Shown here piece after piece: positions 40,653 through 50,179 of a DNA stretch of 64,000 bases (its first letter is position 1; each line of letters opens with the position of its first letter). A program made the translations under genes and the position numbers. A model generated the notes under the pieces. That model saw only the letters and a program-made list of their open reading frames with translations, did not search any database and was not told the origin of the DNA. The DNA comes from an uncultured Gammaproteobacteria bacterium (lineage in GTDB: Bacteria > Patescibacteriota > Microgenomatia > CAZETR01 > Amesbacteraceae): contig CAZCXU010000001.1 of NCBI GenBank assembly GCA_964502885.1, forward strand, positions 17,994-81,993, written 5' to 3'.

Positions 40653-41306
40653 ATGGCACTTGATTATAAAAGCAGTTTAAGCAGATACCGGAGGTATTTA
40701 CAGATGGTATCAAACAAACCACTGTGGACAGCCAGTCTGTGGGTAATTTTCTCTTTGGTACTGCTTATTGTGCTGGTGATATGGGCACTGCGTCCAACAT
40801 TAGTAACTATATCAGGATTGATGGGCAAGATAGAGAGTCAGAGAAACATCAGCAAACAACTAGAAGATAAAATCGCAACAGTGCAACAAGCGTTTGCAGA
40901 AATGGACTCAGTGGCTACGTCAATGCCGCTTTTAGAAGCAGCCGTCCCCGCTGAGGCTCAGTGGAATCAATTGGCCGGAGATCTGGAAAAAATTGCAACA
41001 GACAGCAGCTTGGCCCTCATAGGTATTACCATAGCAGAGATAGCAAATGATGTGAGTGAATTGAAGATTGACCCAGCGATGTCTGCTGCGTCCAGAGCAC
41101 AAATGCTACCTGCAGGAATTATTCCCGTTAGTTTTATTTTTTCAGCATCAGGGAATTATGCTGATGTAAAAAACGCAGTGCGGCAAATTGAATCTTTGGC
41201 ACGAAAGCCTCTGCTGCGTTCGGTTTCTATTACTCCAAACAAGGAAGGTAATCTGGATTTAACGATAATAGGTGAAGCAATATTTATTAAACCAAACGAG
41301 CCATGA
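40653..41306 (+). CDS. PilO-like type IV pilus assembly protein
   Basis: 217 aa. Short cytoplasmic N-terminus, one TM segment, a coiled coil and a C-terminal domain. It immediately follows the PilN-like gene. Confidence 0.45.
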   Translation: MALDYKSSLSRYRRYLQMVSNKPLWTASLWVIFSLVLLIVLVIWALRPTLVTISGLMGKIESQRNISKQLEDKIATVQQAFAEMDSVATSMPLLEAAVPAEAQWNQLAGDLEKIATDSSLALIGITIAEIANDVSELKIDPAMSAASRAQMLPAGIIPVSFIFSASGNYADVKNAVRQIESLARKPLLRSVSITPNKEGNLDLTIIGEAIFIKPNEP

Positions 41307-41521
41307 AAAAAAGAGGATTAGACAAGGATCTTGTGCTACTATTAATTACGACCTTGATTATGTTGTGTACCTGGGTAGGGCTTGAGGTCTATCGCTCGTA
41401 CGCACATAGCCCCGTAGAGCCCGAGGTGGAGAAACATCTAAAAATGCTTGATCCCACTTTGGATAAAACGGTGTTTTCTTTGTTATCAGAAGAGGAGAAG
41501 AACTCTGATGAGAAACCGTGA
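41303..41521 (+). CDS. Small single-TM protein, hypothetical
   Basis: 72 aa. TM helix LVLLLITTLIMLCTWVGL. Translationally coupled to the PilO-like gene. Its 3-prime end overlaps the next gene. Confidence 0.35.
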   Translation: MKKRGLDKDLVLLLITTLIMLCTWVGLEVYRSYAHSPVEPEVEKHLKMLDPTLDKTVFSLLSEEEKNSDEKP

Positions 41522-42983
41522 GATAAAAATTCCCACACTATTTGGACTGTTGCTGGCAATTGGCGGCCTGGCGAGTGGGATAGTGATGGTACAGAGTCAG
41601 CTGAGACAAAGAGCTGAGGCTGCATCGGCACTTGCACCTAACTCCGTTGTCATTTCAAATGTAACTGAGAATAGTTTTTCAGTGTCATGGACTACCGACA
41701 GGGCTGTAAATGGAAGAGTGGTGTTTTCAAAAAAGGGAGAGAGTGTGTCGAATACAATTGCAGATGATCGCGATCGAGCAAACGGATCGATTGAAACGTA
41801 CTTTACCCACTTTGTAACGGTTGATAATTTGGAGCCACAAACAGAGTATGAGTTTCAGATTAACTCGGGGGGGGAGTTTTTTGGAGTCACAAAAGACGTA
41901 CCGTATCAGATAGCCACTGCAAAGAAGATAGATAGTAAGCCAGATGCAGATGTGGCTTATGGTGAGATAAAGACAGCAACCGGGGAACCGGCGGTTGGAG
42001 CGCTAGTTTATGTTGAAGCTCCCGGAGGAATTGTCCAGTCTACTATCGTTACCAAACAAAGCGGATCTTTTGTAATCCCCTTGTCCACCGTGAGAAAAGC
42101 CGACTTGTCAGGATATCTAGATTATGACCGCTCAAACACTTTGATCACAATCCGAGTTGATAATGGGGCTTTGGGAAAAACCACAGCAACTCTATATACA
42201 TCAGATGATAGCCCTGTCCCTGAATTGGTTCTGGGAAATACATACGATTTTGCTTCCGAGACAGGGAACCGCCAAGAGACAAAATCGTCTGGCATGAACT
42301 ACTCAGATACCCAAACTGACACCCAGACTGAATCAGAATCCCAATCCATTTCAGTGCCTGTTACTGGCCTACAGCTTACTTCCCCCATGGATGGTGAGGG
42401 GGTTAATGCGAATATGCCCGTTATTATCGGGAAAGCGCCGGCAGGAACCGAAATAACTATTGAGGTCCACTCTGAAAATCAAATCAAAACAACTGTGGCC
42501 GCTGATGAAAATGGCACATTTTCATACAATGTAAGTACCCCACTTGAGCCCGGGGAACACACCATTACTATTTCGGCGGTGGTCGGAGGAGTGTTACAAA
42601 GAGTTACAAGAACTTTTACTGTCTATGCTGAGGGGGAAAGTTATTTGCCCGCTTATTCGGCGACTCCTTCAGCGACTTTGGCTCCCTCCATCTTTCCTTC
42701 CCCAACCATTACCAATACTCCACGGCCTACGGCAACCCCACGACCAACGGCAACACCAAGACCAACTAATACACCAAGACCCACAACAACCCCAAAGCCG
42801 GAAATAACTGTTACACCCACCGTGATCCTGCAACCGTCCCCCACTATTGAACCGATAATTTCTCAAGCCCCCGATAATTTGCCGGAGTCCGGCACTCTTG
42901 ACCACTCACTATTATTGATACTATTGGGAGTAGGATTGATACTTTCCGGCGTTTGGTGGCACAAGACTACGACTTTGCGGTAA
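41508..42983 (+). CDS. Secreted surface protein with FN3-like and CarboxypepD_reg-like domains, a Thr/Pro-rich linker and a C-terminal LPESG sorting signal
   Basis: Start at ATG 41508, with a GGAG SD 10 nt upstream (MRNREIKIPTLFGLLLAIGGLASGIVMV signal anchor). FN3-like region (SVSWTTDRAVNGRVVF...LEPQTEYEF). PT repeats TPRPTA TPRPTA TPRPTN TPRPTT TPKP. The C-terminus reads NLPESG followed by a 17-aa hydrophobic stretch and HKTTTLR. Confidence 0.7.
   Translation: MRNREIKIPTLFGLLLAIGGLASGIVMVQSQLRQRAEAASALAPNSVVISNVTENSFSVSWTTDRAVNGRVVFSKKGESVSNTIADDRDRANGSIETYFTHFVTVDNLEPQTEYEFQINSGGEFFGVTKDVPYQIATAKKIDSKPDADVAYGEIKTATGEPAVGALVYVEAPGGIVQSTIVTKQSGSFVIPLSTVRKADLSGYLDYDRSNTLITIRVDNGALGKTTATLYTSDDSPVPELVLGNTYDFASETGNRQETKSSGMNYSDTQTDTQTESESQSISVPVTGLQLTSPMDGEGVNANMPVIIGKAPAGTEITIEVHSENQIKTTVAADENGTFSYNVSTPLEPGEHTITISAVVGGVLQRVTRTFTVYAEGESYLPAYSATPSATLAPSIFPSPTITNTPRPTATPRPTATPRPTNTPRPTTTPKPEITVTPTVILQPSPTIEPIISQAPDNLPESGTLDHSLLLILLGVGLILSGVWWHKTTTLR
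42716..42799 (+). repeat. Imperfect 18-nt tandem repeat of about 4.7 copies, encoding (TPRPTx)n inside the surface protein
   Basis: ACTCCACGGCCTACGGCA / ACCCCACGACCAACGGCA / ACACCAAGACCAACTAAT / ACACCAAGACCCACAACA / ACCCCAAAGCCG. Confidence 0.6.
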
Positions 42984-43010
42984 AATTTGATTGTGAAGGA
43001 TATTGGGAAA

Positions 43011-43583
43011 ATGGCACCAATTAAGATCGGGTTGGATTTCGATGGGGTTGTGGCGTACAACCCACTTAGAGCGACCAGAGCTGTGGTTTCGTTTTTTAAA
43101 AAAAATGTTCTAAAAAAAAGAAAATTAAGTTTTTTTGTACCTAAAAACAAGGTACAAACATGGTTATGGATTATGCTGCATGAAAGCAGCCTGTTCCCTT
43201 CGGCCGGAAAGGGTTTACTTAGACAAATGTCAGGGAATCCGAGGTATGAATTTTATCTGATTACCGGCAGGTATGACTGCCTTGGCTTCCAAGTCAGAAA
43301 ATGGTTGAACAAGTTTGACATGGATGGAGTATTCAAGGAGATCTTTGTAAACGAAGAGAAAGAGCAGCCGCATTTGTTCAAATCGCGGATGATTGAGCAG
43401 CTGAATCTAGATGTATACGTTGAAGACAACTGGGACATAGTCAACTTTCTCAAAGACAAATTCGGGAAGAAAATTTATTGGGTATGCAACTTACTGGATA
43501 GACATGTGCATTACGAAAAAAAATTTCCGAGTTTAAAAGAAGCACTGGAAGACTGCCTGAGCCTAGAACCTAATGAGCCATGA
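43011..43583 (+). CDS. HAD-superfamily hydrolase, 5-prime(3-prime)-deoxyribonucleotidase-like
   Basis: KIGLDFDGVV is the HAD motif I DxDGV. About 190 aa. Start placed at ATG 43011, which has GAAGGA upstream. The ORF-track TTG at 42987 is possible. Confidence 0.5.
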   Translation: MAPIKIGLDFDGVVAYNPLRATRAVVSFFKKNVLKKRKLSFFVPKNKVQTWLWIMLHESSLFPSAGKGLLRQMSGNPRYEFYLITGRYDCLGFQVRKWLNKFDMDGVFKEIFVNEEKEQPHLFKSRMIEQLNLDVYVEDNWDIVNFLKDKFGKKIYWVCNLLDRHVHYEKKFPSLKEALEDCLSLEPNEP

Positions 43584-44692
43584 AGGTGTTGTTTAGTTTG
43601 AGTTATTATTTTCCATATATTTCCGGGCTGAGTGATTATGTCAAAAGATTAGCGGAGAGCATGTGTGGCACAGACATTTTGCCGGAGATAATTTGCACTA
43701 AACATCTTTCTTATCTCGCAGACAGAGAAATAATAAACGGTGTTTCTGTAAACAGATTAAATAAGATCGGAAAAATGGGAAAATGGATAGTACCCCTTTT
43801 GAACCCCTTAAGGATTTTCCGAATATTTCAAAATACCGATAAGGTTGTCATCAATCTTCCCCAACCAGAAGCGATAATTTATAGCATACTTGCAAAACTT
43901 TTGGGTAAAAAAATAATTGCTATTTATCATTGTGATTATGTTTTTGGATCTGATAATTTATCTTCAATATTAAACTTTTGTTTAAGATCAGTTAATTCAA
44001 TATGTCTAAATCTTGCGGATTCGGTGGTTGTTAACTCTTTTGACTATGCTTACAACTCCAGTCTGTTGAAAAATTACTTAAAGAAAGTACAGGAAATATT
44101 CCCCGTGATAGGTTTGGAGTCAGGCAAAAAAATTAATAAACGTTCTTGCTCTCCAAAAATGAGAATTGGATATTTGGGAAGAATTTCTCGTGAAAAAGGC
44201 ATACATATCTTACTGCGGGCAATAAGTTCATCGGGTAATGCTGGCAAATTTTCATTGATAATGGCTGGACCGCGAGATACCATAGGAGAGGAAAGCTACT
44301 TAAGAGAGATTAGCCAGTTAATCACTGATACGAATATTGATGTTAAGAATATGGGCTTCCTCCCCGATCAGGCAAAAAGAGATTTCTTTAACAATATTGA
44401 CGTGTTGGTAATTCCAGCAACAAATTCCAGCGAATCATTTGGAATAGTTCAAGTTGAGGCGATGCAGCACGGGATACCGGTATTGGCTAGTGACTTACCA
44501 GGAGTCAGACAGGTTATAGCTGAGACGGCAGCAGGACTGCTTGTAAAAGCGGGAGACCATTGCGACTGGGCTGAAAAGTTGGAGATGGCTTTAAGCTCAA
44601 TTCAAAAGTATCGCAAGAATACACATAAGGTGTTTAAGAAGTTTAATGGGCTGATAGAATTCAAAAAGTGGAAGACTTTGTTGAATTCTTGA
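43580..44692 (+). CDS. Glycosyltransferase family 4 (GT-B fold)
   Basis: 370 aa. ISREKGIHILLRA...ESFGIVQVEAMQHGIPVLASDLPG is the GT4 EX7E region. Confidence 0.8.
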   Translation: MKVLFSLSYYFPYISGLSDYVKRLAESMCGTDILPEIICTKHLSYLADREIINGVSVNRLNKIGKMGKWIVPLLNPLRIFRIFQNTDKVVINLPQPEAIIYSILAKLLGKKIIAIYHCDYVFGSDNLSSILNFCLRSVNSICLNLADSVVVNSFDYAYNSSLLKNYLKKVQEIFPVIGLESGKKINKRSCSPKMRIGYLGRISREKGIHILLRAISSSGNAGKFSLIMAGPRDTIGEESYLREISQLITDTNIDVKNMGFLPDQAKRDFFNNIDVLVIPATNSSESFGIVQVEAMQHGIPVLASDLPGVRQVIAETAAGLLVKAGDHCDWAEKLEMALSSIQKYRKNTHKVFKKFNGLIEFKKWKTLLNS

Positions 44693-46355
44693 AAATACTG
44701 ACACGGGGATGGTCATACACAGTATATGACTCATCGGCATAGTCATCTACTAAGCTTATGCCAATGGGACAATCTGATATGTTTTCCGCAATTCTGCCAT
44801 AATGAAGAGCCGGCGGTACAATACAGTAATTTATGAATGGAATGGGAAGATTGGGACGGGAAGTAAAAGAACGGACGTGAACAAATGGAGAATTGCCTAA
44901 AAACAGCTTAGAGTAAAAAAGACTTGATTGAGGGTAAAGCTTGGGAACTGTTGAAATGGAGCCATAAAGCCGGTTGCTTGATAGTATGAGATAGTCCAAC
45001 GAGGCTAGTTTTTTATCTAAATTTTGCCACTTTTCGGGACTATCAGGTTCATAAAAAGGCAATTCAATAACTTTAAAACGTCCGTCATTGATTAGCGGCA
45101 GACAGTCGTCCCAATACTCACAACTCAAAGTTGATCCTGATGGGATGTTCTCATAAATCCAGGAGCTGGCTTGAACCCGAGTGTGTGGAACAGAATAAAT
45201 AGACAAAAACATAACTCCAGGCAAAACCATAATTACTGAGGCCGCAACAGATAAACCCAATCGTTTTTTTGTAAACAAGGGGACAAGAAATGGGCCGGCG
45301 ATAATTGCAGCCAGAGGAAGAATTGGATAAAAATAACGCAACGGCCTAGCAAATTGAATATCCTGAAACACAAACAAAATTATGACCATTATTGCTAAGA
45401 TGCGAGGTAAAGAATCTTTACCCACAAGGAAGCGGGCGAGCGAGAAAAGGATAATTACTGAAAGAAACGGACCTACGCCGACAAAGAACAAATTGGGGAG
45501 AGAGTAAGTCAATGGTTTTGTTTCAAACCACTGAACGGACGGGGGAAACATTACTTCTTTTTTTTCTAAAGACTTAAGAGTGTTCAGATTTGCAATTATT
45601 TTCGGATTGGGATGTATTAAATTGATGAAGTAATATGGTGCAGCTAGGCGAAAAGTGATTAAGCTCGATAATCCAAATAGAAATAAATTAATCACCACAG
45701 TTTTCCACCCCACATCCCGCTTTTTAATAAGTAACAAAAGGACGAAAAAAGGGGTGAATGCAATGGCTGAAACTTTGGAGGCAAGTGCGAGGGCGAAAGA
45801 CGCTCCTCCCACTACAGACAACCATCTTTGAGAAGTGTTTTGAGAAAGACGCAGGAGGAGATAGAGTGCAAGCAACAAAAAGGACACCAGAAAAGTATCT
45901 ACTGCAAAAAAGTGCGACAACTGGATGGGAATAACCAATGACGCATATACAAATGCCGACAACATACCACTTTTCCAGCTGGAGAATATAAATCTTGCAA
46001 CAAGAAAGACCAAAATGACGATAACGGTATCCAGTACCGCTGAGATACTTCGACCTACCAGCGGTAGGGAAAAATATGAGTCCATCCCAAGAACTGAAGC
46101 GAGCGATTTTGTCAAAATAACTGGGTACGTACCATAGACATAGAAATCGTGTCCCGCATTGTGAGGATTGCTTTTAGATCCGGACGTGGACAGGTAATCC
46201 GATAAGGAAGATGGAAGATTTATCGACTGACTGACCATGACCAAAAAACGTTCATCTGGATGAAGATGTTGCCCCTGGTCCCAGTTCAATCCCCAAAAAC
46301 GACTAATGACAACGAAAAGCAGCAATAGTGCCCAAGATAACACTTTCATCCTCAT
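44661..46355 (-). CDS. GT-C membrane glycosyltransferase, PMT/ArnT-like (GT39/GT83 family)
   Basis: 564 aa, polytopic. The first extracytoplasmic loop carries HPDERFL, the DE motif of PMT/ArnT enzymes. Translationally coupled to the upstream membrane gene by a 4-nt overlap. Confidence 0.7.
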   Translation of the reverse strand: MRMKVLSWALLLLFVVISRFWGLNWDQGQHLHPDERFLVMVSQSINLPSSLSDYLSTSGSKSNPHNAGHDFYVYGTYPVILTKSLASVLGMDSYFSLPLVGRSISAVLDTVIVILVFLVARFIFSSWKSGMLSAFVYASLVIPIQLSHFFAVDTFLVSFLLLALYLLLRLSQNTSQRWLSVVGGASFALALASKVSAIAFTPFFVLLLLIKKRDVGWKTVVINLFLFGLSSLITFRLAAPYYFINLIHPNPKIIANLNTLKSLEKKEVMFPPSVQWFETKPLTYSLPNLFFVGVGPFLSVIILFSLARFLVGKDSLPRILAIMVIILFVFQDIQFARPLRYFYPILPLAAIIAGPFLVPLFTKKRLGLSVAASVIMVLPGVMFLSIYSVPHTRVQASSWIYENIPSGSTLSCEYWDDCLPLINDGRFKVIELPFYEPDSPEKWQNLDKKLASLDYLILSSNRLYGSISTVPKLYPQSSLFYSKLFLGNSPFVHVRSFTSRPNLPIPFINYCIVPPALHYGRIAENISDCPIGISLVDDYADESYTVYDHPRVSIFKNSTKSSTF

Positions 46356-47965
46356 AGACAGTTGCGGGAGACTGAGTAAATTTTCTGATTCCCTAACGGA
46401 GAGATGTAATCCGCAATAAACTCATCATTCCAAAGGGGCCAATTTACAGGAAGAAAGTCTTCAGGTTGAGTATTCAGCTCGACATAGTCAATTGATCGTG
46501 TGATCAAGCGGTTGCAGGCATCATGTTTGGATGTTGAGGAATAAATTGCTGCTGTATCATTTTCCCTATCAGTCTGATCATATCCGTAAGACCACGTGAA
46601 GTAAGGATAACCGTTATATATTTTCCTTCCGGCCAAAGAAGCCGGATGGTAAAACCAAGTACTGTTTAAGACGACAGAGTCAGCGGCAGTCTTGAGGAGA
46701 AAAAAATTTGCAACAGGATCGCGATTGTAATCGGGGATGTGAAGACGAATATCATTTTTAATCGGAAAATAATCTACAACACCGCCAGAGATCAAGGCGA
46801 CAAATATGGTAGTGGCTAGAATCTTGTATCTTGTGTCCCTATGCAAAAATTTAACAATCAAGTTGGCTGAAAAAACTCCTGCAATAGTTAAGAAGAAGTT
46901 AAGAAGTTTGTGGTTGTTTATAATATCCGGGGACAACTGAAATGTATAAGCCAACAAAAAAATCGTAAGAGCCGGAAGAATAATCAATCTTGAGCATTTG
47001 GGAGCAAAATAAAGACCAACTGGCAAAAGAACAAAATGCAAACCATAGTTGTAAATCGCGTACTTAGCCAACGAGAATATAGTTATCGGCGGTGGTGTCA
47101 AAAAACCAAAGTTAAGGGAGACTGACGAAGACACGTTAACGGTTAATAGATATAGAATTAACCAAGGGATAGCTCCCAACAGGGATACAAACAAAAACAA
47201 ACGCTCCGGACGCAGAATGAGAGCCCACAAATAAAAGACAGCGCCAATTATGAAAGCGGCCTGATTGAGCAGTAATAAACTTCCAAGCAGAAAGCCGGAT
47301 ATCAATTTGCTGCGAGTGTTTGGGATATATAGCAAATAAACAAGGATAATTGTGGTGGCGAATGCCAATCCCAAATGCCTCTGGTTGGTAAAAATGTTAA
47401 GATTCCAAAAGGCAGAAACTTCTCCTCCATCCCAAGGACCAAATGAGACAAATTTTGAACTGTGAATTAACTGATCGAGATATCCAGATAAAGATGAAGC
47501 GCTCTGAATAAATATGGGTAAAGTAAGAGAGGAATTAAAAAAAATAAACACCATAGCCACGATCCCTACAAGAAATGACCGAAAAAGACGAGACGCAAAA
47601 ATTCCCAAACCCAAAGCGAAAGCACATAACCCCAATGCGCTTTGAACATTAAGGGCAATATCAATCCTCAACCCTAGTCGCTCAAGCACCCCAACAAAAA
47701 GATAAAAAAGATAGTGGTACCTGATTGGCTCTCCTGGAAAAAGTGGATACTGGGGCGGCCAGTTGACGGCAGCAGAAAATGAACGAATTAGGGGTATGTG
47801 ACTACCAAAGTCACTGTAAGCTTTTGAGGCAATTAGCAGATCTCCGTCATCCGAATAGGTAAAAGTATGAAACATTAACCAAAAACAAAAAATAAATACT
47901 GCCAGGATGGCAAGTGGCCACAATATATACCTACTGTTATGTGTAAGCTTTTTCAACATCAACAT
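46352..47965 (-). CDS. Polytopic membrane protein, putative GT-C-type glycosyltransferase of unknown family
   Basis: 537 aa. At least 12 TM segments in the N-terminal two-thirds and a soluble C-terminal domain. It is the first gene of a 2-gene operon with the GT39-like gene. Confidence 0.45.
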   Translation of the reverse strand: MLMLKKLTHNSRYILWPLAILAVFIFCFWLMFHTFTYSDDGDLLIASKAYSDFGSHIPLIRSFSAAVNWPPQYPLFPGEPIRYHYLFYLFVGVLERLGLRIDIALNVQSALGLCAFALGLGIFASRLFRSFLVGIVAMVFIFFNSSLTLPIFIQSASSLSGYLDQLIHSSKFVSFGPWDGGEVSAFWNLNIFTNQRHLGLAFATTIILVYLLYIPNTRSKLISGFLLGSLLLLNQAAFIIGAVFYLWALILRPERLFLFVSLLGAIPWLILYLLTVNVSSSVSLNFGFLTPPPITIFSLAKYAIYNYGLHFVLLPVGLYFAPKCSRLIILPALTIFLLAYTFQLSPDIINNHKLLNFFLTIAGVFSANLIVKFLHRDTRYKILATTIFVALISGGVVDYFPIKNDIRLHIPDYNRDPVANFFLLKTAADSVVLNSTWFYHPASLAGRKIYNGYPYFTWSYGYDQTDRENDTAAIYSSTSKHDACNRLITRSIDYVELNTQPEDFLPVNWPLWNDEFIADYISPLGNQKIYSVSRNCL

Positions 47966-48040
47966 ATTCTAACCCGGGAATGGCAACTAATGAACTATTT
48001 ATGGTCATATCAAAATAGTATGACTTGATATCTCACTCAA

Positions 48041-48073
48041 ATATCGGACATTTTGTCTTCTGTTCGCTATAAT
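48041..48073 (+). promoter_or_regulatory. Promoter module upstream of the YYY gene, homologous (about 27 of 32 positions) to the tandem module upstream of the FemAB pair
   Basis: ATCGGACATTTTGTCTTCTGTTCGCTATAATT compared with ATCTGACATTTAGTTTTGTGCTCGCTATAATT. The -35-like GGACA is followed by a 17-nt spacer and TATAAT at 48068-73. TATAAT is 6 nt before GTG 48080. Confidence 0.45.
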
Positions 48074-48079
48074 TAAACG

Positions 48080-50179
48080 GTGGAATACGGCGAATTGTTT
48101 AAGTGGTGGGCAACAGTGTTTATTCTGGGGTGGGCGGCTTGGCCCTTGGCCAGCAAATTGTTTGAGAGCTTTCCAGGACGTGGGTATTTACTGGCCAAGG
48201 GTATGGGTTTAATACTAGTAAGCTTCGCCGTCTGGGTACTCGCCAGCCTGAAAATTGCAGAATTTGGAGTATCTTCAGTGTGGTTTTTTTGTCTTTTAAT
48301 GGCAGTTTTGGCATGGACACGAATGAAAAATCCCCTAACCAAGAATTGGCGTGAGGTCATGTGGTTGGAGATGATTTTTGCGATCGTATTTGTAGGGTGG
48401 TCCTGGATAAAAGCTCACGAACCGAGCATTAATGGGCTGGAAAAATTTATGGATTATGGTTTTGCCATGGCGATTAATAACTCTACACACTTTCCACCTC
48501 CGGATATCTGGTTCTCCGGACAACCGATTAACTACTATTACTTCGGACATCTGATGTTGGCAGTGTTGAGTAAGTTGTCCACCGTGAATTTGGATTATGG
48601 TTTTAACTTGATGCTCGCTACTATCGCCGCCTTTTGTTTTACGATCTCATATTCAATAGGCCATTATCTGGCACGTTCCCTAGATAGGAGCAAACAAACG
48701 CTGTTGGCACTTCTGGTAGCAGTGCTGGTTACTTTTTCGGGAAACCTACATACTATTTATGCATTTACCAAGGGGTACTGGGGTGAGGAAAACCCGCCGG
48801 CGTTTTGGACAATTCTGGCGCCCTTGTCGGATCTAAGTCTATCTTTTGGGAATTACTGGTATCCAAATGCGACGAGGTTTATACCGTTTACAATCCATGA
48901 GTTCCCCAGTTATTCATTTGTGGTATCCGATATCCATGGCCATGTACTATCTATACCAGTAGCACTGCTGCTGATAGCATTGTTTTTAAAAATTTATCAG
49001 CAGAAGGAAAGACGTTCAGGTATAGATATTGCGGTATATGCATTTGGATGTGGAATTGCGTTTATGACAAACGCCCTGGATGGATTGATATACATATGCC
49101 TACTGGGATTTACAATAGCTGTCCAAGAATTTGAAATTTGGAGACAGACAAAAAAAGTTAATTACCCGGCACTGATCAAAATTGGAGTAGTGGGGACGGT
49201 AATGTTTTTTTTAACAACAGGATTATTTCTTGCAAACTTTGAATCGTTTGTCTCTGGGGTGGCAGTCAATTGTCCACCTGCGGCGTGGGTGGGCAAAAAA
49301 GTCGGCCCGCTCATATTTGAAACGGCAGATAAATGTCAAAAGTCCCCCATTTGGATGATGCTTATTCTTTGGGGATTTTTTGTATATAACTTTATCGGCT
49401 TGTACTGGCTTATAGACGAGAAAGAGCAATTCAGAAAGATTGCGATTATAAGTTTTGTGTTTTCAGGCTTGTTAATTCTATTCCCTGAATTTTTTTACTT
49501 CAAAGATATTTATCCACAACACTTCCGCAGTAACACAATGTTCAAACTTGGATATCAAGCTTTTATGCTCATGTCTATCTGGTCCGGATGGGTGATTGTA
49601 AAAATCTATCAGGTGAAACTTCGAACCTGGAAGCACAAGATATTTTTGATCGGAACTGTTCCCCTACTGGTATTGGTGCTTATTTATCCATATTTTTCGG
49701 TTAAATCATACTTTAATTCATTAAATGAAAATAAAGGCTTGTCGGGAACCTCCTGGTTACAACAAAAGTACCCAGAAAACTGGGCAGTCATTAGATGGCT
49801 ACGGCAGACGATAACCGATCCCCACACGGTGGTTTTGGAAGCACAAGGCGATAGTTATCAGGATCCGGTATCGGGAAAACCATATAACCAAATTTCCACC
49901 TTTACAGGACTGCCTACCGTTGCTGGATGGTTTGTACACGAGTGGCTATGGAGGGGCTATGAATCAATCGCTCTCAGGGCCGCTGATGTGAGAACCATTT
50001 ACGATTCCCCCGATATTGAGACTACTAGAACGTTAATAAAAAAATACGAGATCAAATACATAGTTGTTGGGGAAATGGAAAGAGAAAAATATCCGACGCT
50101 AAAACAGGAAAAGTTTGAAAAATTAGGAGGAAGAGTGGTTTATTCAGCGGGCAATACAAGCATCTACAAAATTGACTAA
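48080..50179 (+). CDS. YYY-domain (Chlor_Arch_YYY/DUF2298) polytopic membrane protein, GT-C/oligosaccharyltransferase-like
   Basis: 699 aa. More than 12 TM segments. Signature GQPINYYYFGHLM. Large C-terminal soluble domain. The apparent start is GTG 48080. Confidence 0.65.
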   Translation: MEYGELFKWWATVFILGWAAWPLASKLFESFPGRGYLLAKGMGLILVSFAVWVLASLKIAEFGVSSVWFFCLLMAVLAWTRMKNPLTKNWREVMWLEMIFAIVFVGWSWIKAHEPSINGLEKFMDYGFAMAINNSTHFPPPDIWFSGQPINYYYFGHLMLAVLSKLSTVNLDYGFNLMLATIAAFCFTISYSIGHYLARSLDRSKQTLLALLVAVLVTFSGNLHTIYAFTKGYWGEENPPAFWTILAPLSDLSLSFGNYWYPNATRFIPFTIHEFPSYSFVVSDIHGHVLSIPVALLLIALFLKIYQQKERRSGIDIAVYAFGCGIAFMTNALDGLIYICLLGFTIAVQEFEIWRQTKKVNYPALIKIGVVGTVMFFLTTGLFLANFESFVSGVAVNCPPAAWVGKKVGPLIFETADKCQKSPIWMMLILWGFFVYNFIGLYWLIDEKEQFRKIAIISFVFSGLLILFPEFFYFKDIYPQHFRSNTMFKLGYQAFMLMSIWSGWVIVKIYQVKLRTWKHKIFLIGTVPLLVLVLIYPYFSVKSYFNSLNENKGLSGTSWLQQKYPENWAVIRWLRQTITDPHTVVLEAQGDSYQDPVSGKPYNQISTFTGLPTVAGWFVHEWLWRGYESIALRAADVRTIYDSPDIETTRTLIKKYEIKYIVVGEMEREKYPTLKQEKFEKLGGRVVYSAGNTSIYKID

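Noticed and set aside
42653-42905. Two minus-strand ORFs (63 and 78 aa) rich in G/V/R/W/C, inside the surface-protein gene
   Set aside because: They are antisense read-through of the ACC/CCA-rich PT-repeat DNA, which gives GGT/TGG-rich codons. They are compositional artefacts with no start context.
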